A DNA stretch of 64,000 bases from Azolla caroliniana. Lineage: Eukaryota; Plantae; Polypodiophyta. Every line of letters starts with the position of its first letter. The first letter of the stretch is position 1. The position numbers and the translations under genes were made by a program. Shown here piece by piece: positions 13,210 to 25,671 of the stretch. A model generated the notes under the pieces. It ran no database searches. It was not told the DNA's origin and saw only the letters and a list, made by a program, of their open reading frames with translations. The DNA lies in the NCBI GenBank assembly GCA_043228905.1, contig JBHGNT010000021.1, forward strand, positions 9,920,001-9,984,000. The letters run 5' to 3'.

Positions 13210-16200
13210 TGTCGGGGTAGTTGTGGTTCCTGTGGCAAAGTCGCAGGGACTAAGGTTAAAGGGAGTTGACGAAAACTTTTATAAGGCTTTGCGCACAAAT
13301 GTTAGGAAGATTAAGGATAAGAAGAATAAGAGTTTAGAGTAATGTGTGAGAGAGAGACGAGCATAGATAAAAGATAGAGAAAATGTATGATTTAAGAAGA
13401 AAGAGTATAAGATATGAACATGATTTATATTAAGACAACAAGTTTTTACCAACATTACAATGCTTTATAACAAGATGAACCCTTTCTCTACCGACTCTTG
13501 ATTTGAACCCTTGACTCGAACTTAGAAACACGAGCCTCTTCACCAACAAGCTAACTTGTTTATTTCATTAATTATGTTCTAACTTTCTCTTGATTGATTG
13601 ATTACCCTGTTTTCCCTTGATTCATCCCTTAATTCCTTGCCTCTCTTTATAGGTTCTCTCATTCATATGATGATATGGGGGTGCATGGCATGCATGTAAT
13701 GCATGTGATGCATGTGATGCATGATCGCCATTTGGCACACATGCTTTACATGTGATGCATGATAGCCATCATACTCATCTATATGAAGACACACATGTCA
13801 TAAGTATGGTGATAAAAAAATAACTATAGAAAATAACATATTCTAATGGTATATGCTTTGTCCTTGGTGTGTGAGGTTACGGGTTTAAGTCTCTCAAATG
13901 TTGCTTAATACAATATTCAAGTTTATTTTTATATCGTGAAGCAAATCAATCCTTCACGACACCCACCCCCTGTGAACTTGCACACAGGTTGTGCAAAGAT
14001 CATCCAAAGTTTTGGAAAAACTGTTCGTTCTGTTTCTGAACTGGATGTCCCCTCAAGCATTCTTTGTTTCTTTCATGGTTAGGCGTGATGGTTAATATAT
14101 GGCCCCTCTTCCTTCCATCCTGACTCTTGATCCTTGCGAAAGTTGAATCATCATTAATCACAGTTGTTTCCATCCTTACTACGTTGATGTATGGTTCACC
14201 ATCCTTTGTTTCCATACTCACTATGCTGATGTATGGTTGACCAAGGATGACGGGGTAGGTTGATCCATCTTGCACTTAGTAATTTTCATCCACCGACACA
14301 TCTCCCATTGTTGCTTTCACATTAGGACATGCTCCGAATAGATCCTCCATCATCTTTGTTGCAACTCTTTTCTTTGAACCATGAGTCTTATCGATTGGCC
14401 ACCTTCCTTGAGCACAACATTCCGACGACATCATGTTAATTTCTGATCCATGATCCATCAAAGAAATACAAGGAATCTGTTGCTCCGTAATTTTTGTAGG
14501 CGCCTCCGTTGTTGCTTGAGCCCAATGGTTCTTTGTATAATGACTCCTATCCCCTTCATGAATGCCAACATCATTTATCTTCTTTACACCTGCAACATTG
14601 ATGGATTCATGATCCAAATCTTGGAGACTTGTTGCTGCACACTCTCTCGTAACTTCTTCCATGACATGTTTTATATCCGTCATGGCTTCTGTGTCCAAAG
14701 CAAACTTAAAAGTTGGGTCTGTCTTCCCTTTGACTTTATTAGCTTCTTTTGACTCAGGAGCATCCTTTTCCATCTCTCTTCTCTCTTGTTCTTGTGTCTC
14801 ATGCCTTTTTGCCAGATTAACCTCCTCAACTCTCTTTCGCTTCTCTTCCACCAGTACATCTTGTGCATTCACTTGGGCGAATGTTGATAGTGCGTCTACT
14901 GGATCATTCCATCCAGTGAAGTGACATATTTAATCTCCCGCTCTTTTTAATTCATCTATGCGAACCTTCCCTTTTCTTGCATACTCCATCACACCCTGCC
15001 AAAAGTCAAATCCACCATATGCGTCTTCTACACACAACCCTAAGTTTGTCACGGATTGTATCGCTTGAGTCATTTCTCTCTCGGCATCTTCCATTAGCTT
15101 TTTCATTCCACCTTTCCCGAAGTTGAGTTGGATTGGTTGTTGAGTCTTTGTCAAGTGAATCTTTCCATCTTGATAGTAGATTTTATCATGATTAAGAGAA
15201 TCCCTATGTTCTTGACAGTCTTTCTTTTGGTGGTCAACACTATCACACCACATACACCTTTGGACCATTCCATCTCCTTGCCTTGATGAAGTCGACCTTT
15301 GTCCCGATTCTAGCTTCGTCACTTTGATCGACAAGTCTTTCATGCCTTTCACCAATTCATGCAAGAGTGAATCTTCTATTTTCTTCTCTCCCAATTTGTT
15401 CCCCGTTTCGTCTCCCTTCTTCTCCGGCAGCTCCATAAACCATAACTTTCTTTTACAAAAATGGGTGCAAGCCCTTTTCACCTCATCCCAATCTTCGGTA
15501 AGTCCACTAGGACTATTCTGATCTTCCAGAAGCATTCCCAAGTCTTTCTTGTCTTTAATATTAGTAGCTTGTAGAAACAATTTTACTTTATCTGGCATTA
15601 TTATATTTCTATCCCTAACATTTAATTGCTCTAATCTTTCTAAAAACCCTTTTAACACTTCCAGGACACTTAAATGTTTATTAGACTCTACCCAATCCAT
15701 GAAAGCTCACCTTGTCATCCTTGACATATCGTTGAGGTTGTATTCATTGAGTAATGCTCTTTCGAAAGTTGCGCATGTCTGATGCTCCCTCTGTAGCTCC
15801 TGGATCCTTTGTTGTAGTCCAATCGCAGCAACTCAACTAAAGCTATTAATTTTGACAACTTTGTCAACACCACGTTTAAGCATTTCTTCATTGTAAATCT
15901 TCAAATATCTTGTTAAATTTATACCTTCGAAGATTCCTACTTGTGCAAGAATATTTTCAATGGCTTTGTCGATGCTTGCCATCATCCCTTGCTCTCACAT
16001 CATTTGTTCCATCATCGTACACATAAGCCTCATTTGCTCCTCCATTTTTCCTTGACACCGCCTTCACGTCGGGTTCACCAAATGTGTCAGGGTAGTTGTG
16101 GTTCGTTCGGCGAAGTCGCAGGGACTAAGGTTAAAGAGAGTTGACAAAAAAATTTATAAGGCTTTGCGCACAAATGTTAGGAAGATTAAGGATAAGAAGA

Positions 16201-16842
16201 ATAAGGGATTAAAGTAATGTGTGAGAGAGAGACGAGCATAGATAAAAGATAGAGAGAATGTATGATTTAAGAAGAAAGAGTATAAGATATAAACATGATT
16301 TATATTAAGAGAACAAGTTTTTACCAACATTACAATGCTTTATAACAAGATGAACCCTTTCTCTACCGACTCTTGATTTGAACCCTTGACTCGAACTTGG
16401 AAACACGAGCCTCTTCACCAACAAGCTAACTTGTTTATTTCATTAATTATGTTCTAACTTTCTCTTGATTAATTGATTACCCTGTTTTCCCTTGATTCAT
16501 CCCTTAATTCCTTGCCTCTCTTTATAGGTTCTCTCATGCATATGATGATATGGGGGTGCATGGTATGCATGTAATGCATGTGATGCATGTGATGCATGAT
16601 CGCCATTTGGCGCACATGCTTTACATGTGATGCATGATAGTCATCATGCTCATCTAAGCTCGAATGTATGAAGATACACATGTCATAAGTATGGTGATAA
16701 AAACATAACTATAGAAAATAACTTATCTTGATGGTATATGTTTCGTCCTTGGTGTGTGAGGTTACGGGTTCAAGTCTCTCAAATATTACTTAATACAGGA
16801 TTCAAGTTTATTTTTATATCATGAAGCAAATCCTTCACGACA
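13210..16842 (-). mobile_element. Element E: complete 3.6-kb non-autonomous gag+protease element; 3' LTR 13210-13961, PPT 13962-13970, Trp PBS 16063-16080, 5' LTR 16085-16842
   Basis: Highly similar ~755-bp LTRs TGTC..GACA; perfect 4-bp TSD CCGT (13206-13209/16843-16846). Confidence 0.93.
14000..16045 (-). pseudogene. Element E gag-aspartic protease pseudogene
   Basis: ORFs 14930-15700 (CMWCDSVDHQKKDC knuckle), 14276-14872 (LMDHGSEIN) and 14000-14275 (PVILGQPY) separated by stops; ends about 30 bp from the PPT. Confidence 0.87.
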
Positions 16843-18050
16843 CCGTCATCTTGACCTTCGTCCTCCGCGCGTAGCCCTTTGCTCTCTGCGTACCATCCTC
16901 CGTTCTCGTCATTCATCTGCCGATCTCGGCAACTCACCGCTCCACCTTTCGTCCCATGCTTGCCTCTCAAAGGCTCGAACGGACTGCTATCACCGGTCAC
17001 TCATTGCCGCTCTTCCGGGTGCATGCTTGTTTCTTGGCCCTTCATCGTCCGTAGTGAATGCTCCGTTTCACGCCCTTCACTCGTCGTAGTCCCGACCTCC
17101 GCGTCGGCCTCTTCTTCCTTCGTCATCGTTGTCCTTCCCGGCTCCGTTTGGCTCTCTTGGCCCCGCTCGTCCGTCTTTCCGCACCGGATACCGATTTCGG
17201 TAACCTCCTCGTCGCCACCAGCTCCCACCGCGTGTCGTGGCTCGTGTACATGTGCTTTACTTCGGCCCTCGATGGTCACACGCACGTCTTCCGATCTGCT
17301 TCCGGGTGTGCCCTTTTCGGCTCGACACACCACTCCCCGCTTGGGGTGTCCTTGGTAGCTTTCCGTGTTGCTACCCTCAAAGGATCACCCTTGCCTGTTT
17401 CGGTCCGCCTAGCCTTCATTGTTCTCGATACGCCTTGGTTGCTCATTGCCTCTGCTGCTACGGCCTTCGTCCCCTCGCCGCCACCGTCAGTATCTTGGTC
17501 TTACGTCGGCCCCCGGCGTCGACCGCCGAAGCCTCTAGATCCGATGTGGAGGATCCTTCTCGGGCCTCCGATCCGTTAGGCCACCGACTCATGCACCAAG
17601 CGTGTTTGCTCTTTGTCCTGCTGACCCTGCCAATCGGGTTCGGTTCCGGTTCGTGGCCGTGTCCTCGGCCTTATTGTTCCCAATTAGGAACACGGTCTGC
17701 GGTCAGTCCTTCGACCTAGACCTCCAAGTGGGTGTGGAACAACGAATAGGCGTCTAAGCGTAATGCGTAGGGGAATGTTCCCTGGAACCTATCAACGTAT
17801 AAGGGAGACAGCTACAACCAAATCCTTAGCAAGGGTTACACTTACGTTCTTACACGCTCAGGTCTTCAATCCTTAACTGTAACTATACGCAGGGTCTATT
17901 TAGCCGTTCACGCTTCCTGCGTGAACCATTACATGCGTTATGATCTTATATTATTTCTTATTCCTACGCTCTTGTCCGTCGGTTACTATTCCGGCGGACA
18001 ACACCTGGAACACCTGTGGGACAATGCCTTGGCACGTCGGACCCATCCCG

Positions 18051-20984
18051 TTAATCCTCTTCCAAAATGGCCCGGATGTTTGGCTCTGTTGTGGTGTCCG
18101 CGTCCGGAGGGGACATAGGGCTCGTAGGTGCATCGTGGTGTGGCTCCCCTGTTTGGTCGGGTTGGTTTCTCCCGGAGTCGCAGTCGCCATGTGTGGGCGG
18201 TCCGGATACGGTGGGCTCCTCTTGAGCTAGTGGGTTGGGCTCCGCCGTTGTCGTGCTTGCAGTCAGCTGCAGCTCTGCTTGCATTGTTACATCCTCTGTG
18301 GTGTCGGCTGTTTTCGTACGTTCCGGGGAGTGGGGCGGAGATTCCGCCTGGCCCGCATCGTTCTCTGTGTGGTCCGATGATAGTGTGGGCTCATGCGGAT
18401 GAAACTCCTCTTGTGCAGTGGTTTCGTTGTCTGGTGATGTGGGGGACTCCACTCGTCGGTTCGCGCTGTTCTCCATCGTTGTCATTTCTGGTGATCGGGC
18501 CTGAGGTTCCTCTTCTTCGGCCGTGCCCGGAATTGGCATCGCGCTGGATTCATCGTTTGTGCGCATGTTGCCGGCTTGTGTGATCTGGTGAAATAGCTCC
18601 TCCTGGCTTTCACCAAAATCATCTAAGAGCTGTGCGAGTTCTTCGGAGTGTTGGTCCGCTAGCGCACGATAGTCTTCCGCTAGGTCCTCTCGTACGGCCG
18701 CAATGCTCTCCTCATTTAGTTTATAGAAACCTTGGCTGTCTTTTCGTCGGTTCTCCCAGTCTGCACGATACGCGTGCAATTCCGCTGCTTGGGTTGCCCA
18801 CGCCATCCATCCTTTGTCTAGCGCTGTTTTCAATTGCATTGTAAACCTCTCCCAATTTGTTTAGAGAAGGATATGCACGTTATCTGTGATGGCCTGGCAA
18901 CGGTTAAGTGCGTCCTCCATCGACTTCTGGAGGTTTGCGATTTCTTGTTGTTTAACCGCCGCCGCTTCTTCGTACATGGCCTTCAGGCCCACCCATAGCT
19001 GGGATTCCTTTGCATGTTGTTCTTGTAATTTCCCCATTTCATTGTTTAGGAGGATTTCGAGCTGATGCCTTCTTTCTTGTTCGACCACCAACTGCTCGTC
19101 GAACCATACCTTCTTTTTTTCTAATAAGGCCCAAAGTCCCGCAATTGACGTGTCCGATTTCTTCGCGTCCTCCCGTAATTGGGCGTTGTCGTCTTTTGTC
19201 CGGATGTGCTGAGCTACCTCTGTAGCGAGTTTCTCTTCAAGGGTTTTTACTTCCTTCCGGTCGTTAGCCCGTATCTCCTTTTCTCTGTCTGAGGATTGGC
19301 GTAGTTTCGCTCGAAGGCGGTCAATTTTTTATTCCACTAGTTGCACGGCCCTTTTCTCTTTTGAGGCGATGGCGGTCTGAGCCTCAATTTCTTCCTTTAA
19401 AGCATCAATGGTGTGGTTTGGTAGCGGAGTTACGTGTTGCGCCGTAGTCGCGTGAGCTTCCAACTCCGCAATGCATTCGTTGGCTTTTTGTCGTTCGACT
19501 TGGGTTAGTTTCACTTTCTTCCAGACATTCTTATTTTTTATGGCCATCTCCTTGGCGCCCGTGCTGACCTTGGCCAGTTCCCGATGGACTTCGACTAGGG
19601 CCATGTTTAATGGGGGTATCTCCATCCCCACTCGACGTACCCCGACGTTCCTCTGTCTGCCGACCCTAGCTAACCGGTCCTCATCGTCACTCTCCGTCGT
19701 TTGTGTTAGGGCACACTCAATCATCTGGCGTTCCACATGCTCTTCGGCCATTCGTTGGGCGGCTTTTACCTGTTGTGTTGCCAGGAACTCCATGAGCTCA
19801 AAAGAAGTGCCGAACTGTAAGAGGGCGCTGAACTCATGGGCCGTATCCGGGATATGCAAATATGCCAAAACCTCACTTTCCGCCGTCAATACGGCTTTCC
19901 CTCGTTGGGATTGGGTCATAATGATCAATCGTGGCTCCCGGATGATTTCGAAGGTGGTATTGGGTTCCGTAGCTGCGGAGCCATCGCCTTCGGTCAGTAT
20001 TTCTATCGCCGTGGGGGCATTTTTGACCAACCCCCGCCCATCTTTCCTATCTAATCTACATCGTTTCGGTCTGGGGCTATCCTGCCGTGTTTTGGTGTTT
20101 GGCTCTCGGGCTGCTTCCATGGAACGTGCCGGTTGTTCCTCCTGCATTGTCTGTGTGTCTAGCTGGTCGGTAGGTGGTGTTGTCCTTGGGTCAGGCTGGG
20201 CGGGTTGGGGTTCCTCTTCCCACTTTGGGGCTGATAACTCCGCTAACCTGCGCTTCGTGGATTGGGGCGGGGGCGTGGGCCGGCTGGGCTGCGGTGCCGG
20301 CATGCCTCGGGGTGGAAATAGTACCGTAAGGTACTATTGTATAATCGGCCTGAGCTTTTTGCCTGCCTGGTACGCATGCAGGCCTTCCCTTAACGTCGGC
20401 CCTGTGATGACCCCCCAATCGACCGCGCGCCCCTCAAAGGTATTGATAATGATGCTCGCCTTCTGCTTAAGCATCCCATATGCATTGACATGTATGTAGC
20501 CGACTTCTAGCAAGAACTTGGCAACTTCACGGAAGAAGGGATCCGGAATCTGCTTGGTTCTATAGGCTTTGGCAGAGGAGGAATATGGCCCAAAATATCG
20601 CTGCAGCGCCTCTTTCGGAGGGATTTCGAAATGCCTTTCGCCTAGCGATGACAAGTCCAACTTCTTCCGGATGGAGGAGTTGGTGACCGTGTCGATGTTA
20701 AGCTTCCTGGCGATATCCATGGCATCCGGGTGTGGGTGTGCTTCTGCGACCCGGATGTACCCATCCAAGCGTTTCTCCACGAGCCATCGGCGTAAGGCAA
20801 TAGAGATGACGATCTTCATCGCTAGAGGAGGTTTGTGGGAAGGAGACTGGTGGTTGCGGTGGGCTAAAGTTGTGTGATAGGATGGAGGAGAAGGTGAGGG
20901 GGAGGAGCGATGGAAGCGCTGATAGCTAGAAAATCTTCTGTTTCCTTCTTTTTGTGGCTTAGGGTTCATTGGGCGGTGAGCCAT
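18051..20984 (-). pseudogene. Element F extra 3' ORF (~978 codons, same strand as pol; globular N-terminal part, Pro/Thr-rich linker, long coiled-coil-like region)
   Basis: ORFs 20334-20984, 19329-20303, 18861-19091 and 18051-18839 share one frame and are separated by premature stops. Confidence 0.78.
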
Positions 20985-21090
20985 CGTGGTGCTGCGTGTT
21001 CTTGAACTAGGAGTTTGTGCATGCCTTTAGTCGTTTTAATAGTCGTTATCTTCTCTATTTTTACATTATGGTACAAGTGGGGCCGCTCAT

Positions 21091-24000
21091 TTATGGTGCG
21101 GGTTCTCTGGCTCTGTCCTGTTCGGCGGTGAATGGGTTAGGTGGCGTAGGGCCCAGGTAAGGTTTGAGGTGAAACCCATTCACCTTTTGCCAGACTACTT
21201 CCCCAGCCAGCGTACCTAGTTGGAACGTGCCTTGTTCCGCTCCAATTATCCAGTACGGGCCGGTCCAGCGGAATCGTAACTTCCCCGGCATATGGCCCAT
21301 GCGAGTTTGGAAAACCAGCACTGCTCGACCCATGGCGAACTCCTTTTCCCTTGCGTTCCGATGTCGATCCACAAACGCTTTACGCCGTCGTTGTTCCTGC
21401 TCCAACACAGCCATGCTGTGGACGCGTTTTTCCCCTAGTTCGAGGAGTTGGTGGAGCCGTACCTCCTCCGACTTGGCTTCTGATAGTCAGTTCCGTACTT
21501 GAATTCGCAAACTAGGAACCTGAAATTCGACCGGCATCACAGCCTCCAGCCCAAACGCTAGTCGAAAAGGTGTTGACTGTATGCTTGTTTTGTAGCTGGT
21601 TCTATACACCCATAACGCACTCTGTAGTTTGGTATCCCAGTCCGTTCTATTTTCATTGACGATTTTCTTCAAAATGGTCTGCGACGTCTTGTTGGTGGAT
21701 TCTGCTAATCCATTCGCCTGCGGATAATATGGCGTACTCTTCTCATGGACTACGGCATAATGATGTGTTAGTTCTCGAACAATTGCATTGAGAAAGTGGC
21801 TCCCCTGGTCACTGTAAGCTCAATCGGAGAGCCGAACTGGCACCAGATGTGCTCGTAAAGGAATCTGGCTATGACGGCCGCCGTATTTTCCCGTAGTGCC
21901 TTTGCTTCTACCCATTTGGTGCAATAATCCATGGCTACCAATATGTATTTATTGCCCATAGGGGCTGCCGCTGGTGTGAAGGGCCCCACAAAATCCAATC
22001 CCCACTTTTGGAAGGGGTCTAGCGGTAATACGGGCTGGTGTGGCATCCTTAAGCCCTCCGTGGGCTGTCCCATCCGTTGACACAAATCACACTTTCTACA
22101 ATACGCGGATGCGTCCTTCTGCGTTGTTGGCCACCATAAGCCCGCCTGCCATACTTTCCGGGCTGTAACGTCGCCTACGTAATGGCCGCCTGTCGTGCCG
22201 TAGTGTGCCTCCCGTAAAACTGCTTCCTTCTCATCCTGCCGTACCCCACATCGCCAAATGCCGTCACTTCCTTTGTGATATAAAATGCCTTCGACGAGGC
22301 AGAAGTGACGGCTTTGGACGGCTAGTCATTTCTTCTCGTCCGTGCGTAATTGTGGTGGAGGCAGTCCCGTAGTCAAAAAGTACGTCATTTCCATAAGCCA
22401 CCGGTTCGGAAAGGTCGATTTCATTCTTTCTGCGAGTGTCACTACTCGCAGGATATCGGCGTCCGGAAAATCGTCGTCATCTTTCTGAACTGTTTCTCCA
22501 TTCTCGAGTCTGCTCAAAAAATCTGCCACTGTGTGTTGCATCCCTGGTCGGTGTTGGATTATGAAATCGAATTCTTGGAGCAGCAGCATCCACCAGGCCA
22601 ATTTCCCTGTCAGGGCTTGTTTCTCCACCAAATACAGTAGCGCCGAATGATCTACGTGGAACGTGAATTTCCTTCCTAATAAATAGTGCCGGAATTTATT
22701 GATGCTATAGATCATCCCTAGCACCTCCCGCTCCGTTGTGGAGTAGTTACGCTCTGCTGTTGATAATTTGCGACTAGTGTAGTATATTGGCCGGTACCAA
22801 CTTGGTTCGGTGAGCTGCATTAGTGCACGTCCTATTGCTATGTCCGAGGTGTCGACGAACACGTGGAATGGCTTCGCCCAAACTGGTGGTTGTACGACGG
22901 GAGCCTGTGTGAGCATTATCTTAAGTGCCTCGTAGGCCTTATCCTCCGTTGCATTCCATTGGAAAGGAGTCTGATGTACGGCAGCGTGTAATGATGTGGC
23001 GAAGTCCGCCAAATACCGTATCATCCGACTATGCCACCGTATTTGTCCTAAAAACCGGCTGAGTGATTTAGCGTTTGTAGGAGTTTTGGCTTGCATAATC
23101 GCGGAGATTTTGTTCGGGTCAACCGCTATTCCCTCCTTGCTGACTATATGACCCAGGAGAGTCCCGTTGGTCACGTCGAAAGCACATTTCGGGGGATTCA
23201 GGCTTAAGCGTGCGGTGCGGCAACGTTCCAGGCACAGTTGTAAGTGCGAAAAATGGTCTATTGTTCTCCCATATACTGCAAAGTTGTCTAAAAAAACTTG
23301 CATGAATGTCGGAATGTATTCCCCAAAGATCTCCGTAATTGTCCGTTGAAATGATGTCGGCACCGTCTTTAACCCGAACATCATGACGACTGCCACATAT
23401 ACTCCCCAATCCGTGACAAATGCCGTCTATTCTTGGTCCTCGAGATGCATGCGTACCTGGTTATAGCTGCTGAAGCCATCTAAAAAACAGTACATCTCAT
23501 GGCTTGCGACGACATCCAGTACGCTATCGGCGAAGGGTAAGGGAAATGCGTCCATAATGGTGATGGCGTTTAATTTTCGGTAATCTACGCATACTCGTAT
23601 TTTGCCGTTTTTCTTTGGAACAACCACTATCGGGCTTAACCATGTCGCTTGTTTAACTGGTCGTATGAACCCCGCCTTCAGGAGCTTGTCAATTTCTTCT
23701 TTCATGCGGGTCGCGTAGTTCGGGTTCATGCGGTAGCGGCGTTGATGGACGGGTTTTGCGTCGGTTGCTAAATTGATCTTATGCTGATAGAACTTGGGAT
23801 CTAACCCCTTCATGTCCTGATGAGCCCAAGCGAACACATCATTATATTCCGTGAGTAGTGCGATTATCGTTTTTCTCTGGTCCGGCCTTAATTCCTTTGC
23901 GATGGAGAGGAACCGAGGCTCCGATTTCGTACCCATATTTACTTCTTCGAGGGCGGAAGCGGTCACTCGTCGTGAAATCTCCATTTCCCTTTCGAATGCC

Positions 24001-24730
24001 GCCCATGCTCTGCTAAGTTCCAATATGGACTCTGGGTTTGGTTCGTAAGGCTCGTTGTGGAGAACAGTGGTCGTGGTATATTCTGCTACGGTTGCGATGA
24101 CGTCTATTTCAAACAGCAGAATAATCCGAGGGTGCTCGTCGAGGTATGCCTCTAATTCTGCATCCTCCACCCCAGCCAGCATATTTATATCTTCTGCGTA
24201 TAATGGTGTTATACCCTTCGGTTGTGGCGTGCTTCCTTCCGTAGGTACGCAAACCTTGGTGTGTCCATGTCGAAAACTGATACACTTGTGTTGTCAGCTC
24301 TGCTAGATATTTGTTGCCCGAAGCCATGGTCTGCCTAGAAGCACTAGGTACGCCCCTGGGGCGTCCAAGGCGAGGACGACCGCCGAGATGTGCAATCGGT
24401 GTCTGCCCACGATAATGCCTATTTTGCGAATTAACCCTAATGGTCGTACTGAGCGGGTATCTACCATTCAGAGCCAGAATGGGCAAGCCTCCGATTCTGA
24501 AATGCCTAACTGCTCGCAAGTTTTCGTGCTAATTACATTGACGCCTGAGTCGCCGTCGATTACGCATCCAAGAATTTGTTGTCCGTGTAATATTAATGTA
24601 ATAGCCAGGTTGTGTTGATCCACTACTGGCAGTCCATCACTAACGTCTGTAAGGTTTGTAGCGATACTCACCCCGGGTATGCCTGTCACCCGTTCTTCCA
24701 TGGTCTGGCGGAAGCATGGGACTAGCTACA
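21091..24730 (-). pseudogene. Element F pol pseudogene (PR-RT-RNaseH-INT)
   Basis: [60 protein letters not shown] and KLRFRWTGPY motifs with stops and frameshifts. Confidence 0.93.
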
Positions 24731-25671
24731 TGTAAAAAGTAACGTGCGGAAGCAAGTATGAAGACCGAACAGAAGGCAGATCAGGTTTAATGGAGAGCTT
24801 GAGCTTACGCAGTATACGCGGGAGAGACAGAGAGAGTGAGAGAGAGAGAGAAAACACAAGAACTATATTCAACAAAAGTACACAATCTCTATTCACCACT
24901 CTATACATATGTGTGTTCAATGAACACTTTTATACAAGTCCTAGAAGGACTGACAGAAGTACTAACAGTACTTCAATGCTCATTGAGAGCTCCTACACTA
25001 ACTCCCAAAAATATATTCCTCACGAAATATCTTTCCTAACGGCCTCCCGGTTTACGCACCGATCCGGCCCTACCTACGCACCGGTCTGCGTACCGGTTTA
25101 CGCATTCGGCCTAACCGACCGGTCCCAACCGATCCGGTCCTCGGCTTCTTCAGCCGATCCGGCCGATGTTGAGCTTGTCTCTCAACACTCCCCCTCAAGC
25201 TCAACTTGAGGCTCTTCGGGATCTTTGGGTTCACAGCTCCGATTCCTCCTGGCTTCACGCCTCGCTTGCGCTCCACGACCTATTCAACTCCGCGCGCTTC
25301 GACCCTTCCGGTCGGCTTGTTTGCTCATGTGGCCCTTATCAGCTCTTCTGTTGTTGCGGTGTTGACGCTTCTCCTGCTGCCTTTTCTTCCGTTTGGGCCT
25401 CGGTTGATTCAGCGTATCTGAATCAAGCATCCGAACCGACTCGGCTACCTCCGATCGGTTTTCGCTCTCGTCCAAGTTGGTTGTCTCCAACTTGTCTTCA
25501 GTCTTCTTGCCCTCGATGGCGTCATCTTCCCCATGCATGGTTGGCTTCGGCTCTCTCCTTCGGCTATTCCCCTTCTGTCTGCTTCTGGATTTTTCCACGG
25601 GTCCGCCCTCGGCTTCTTCAGCCGATCCGAAGTCGAACTCGACAACCGAGTCAACCGACTCGGTGTCGCGG

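Noticed and set aside
19471-20499. 342-aa antisense ORF in element F
   Set aside because: Shadow of the GC-rich sense extra ORF; Ser/Arg-biased with no motif. Same reasoning for 44874-45692, 29543-30322 and 40010-40735.
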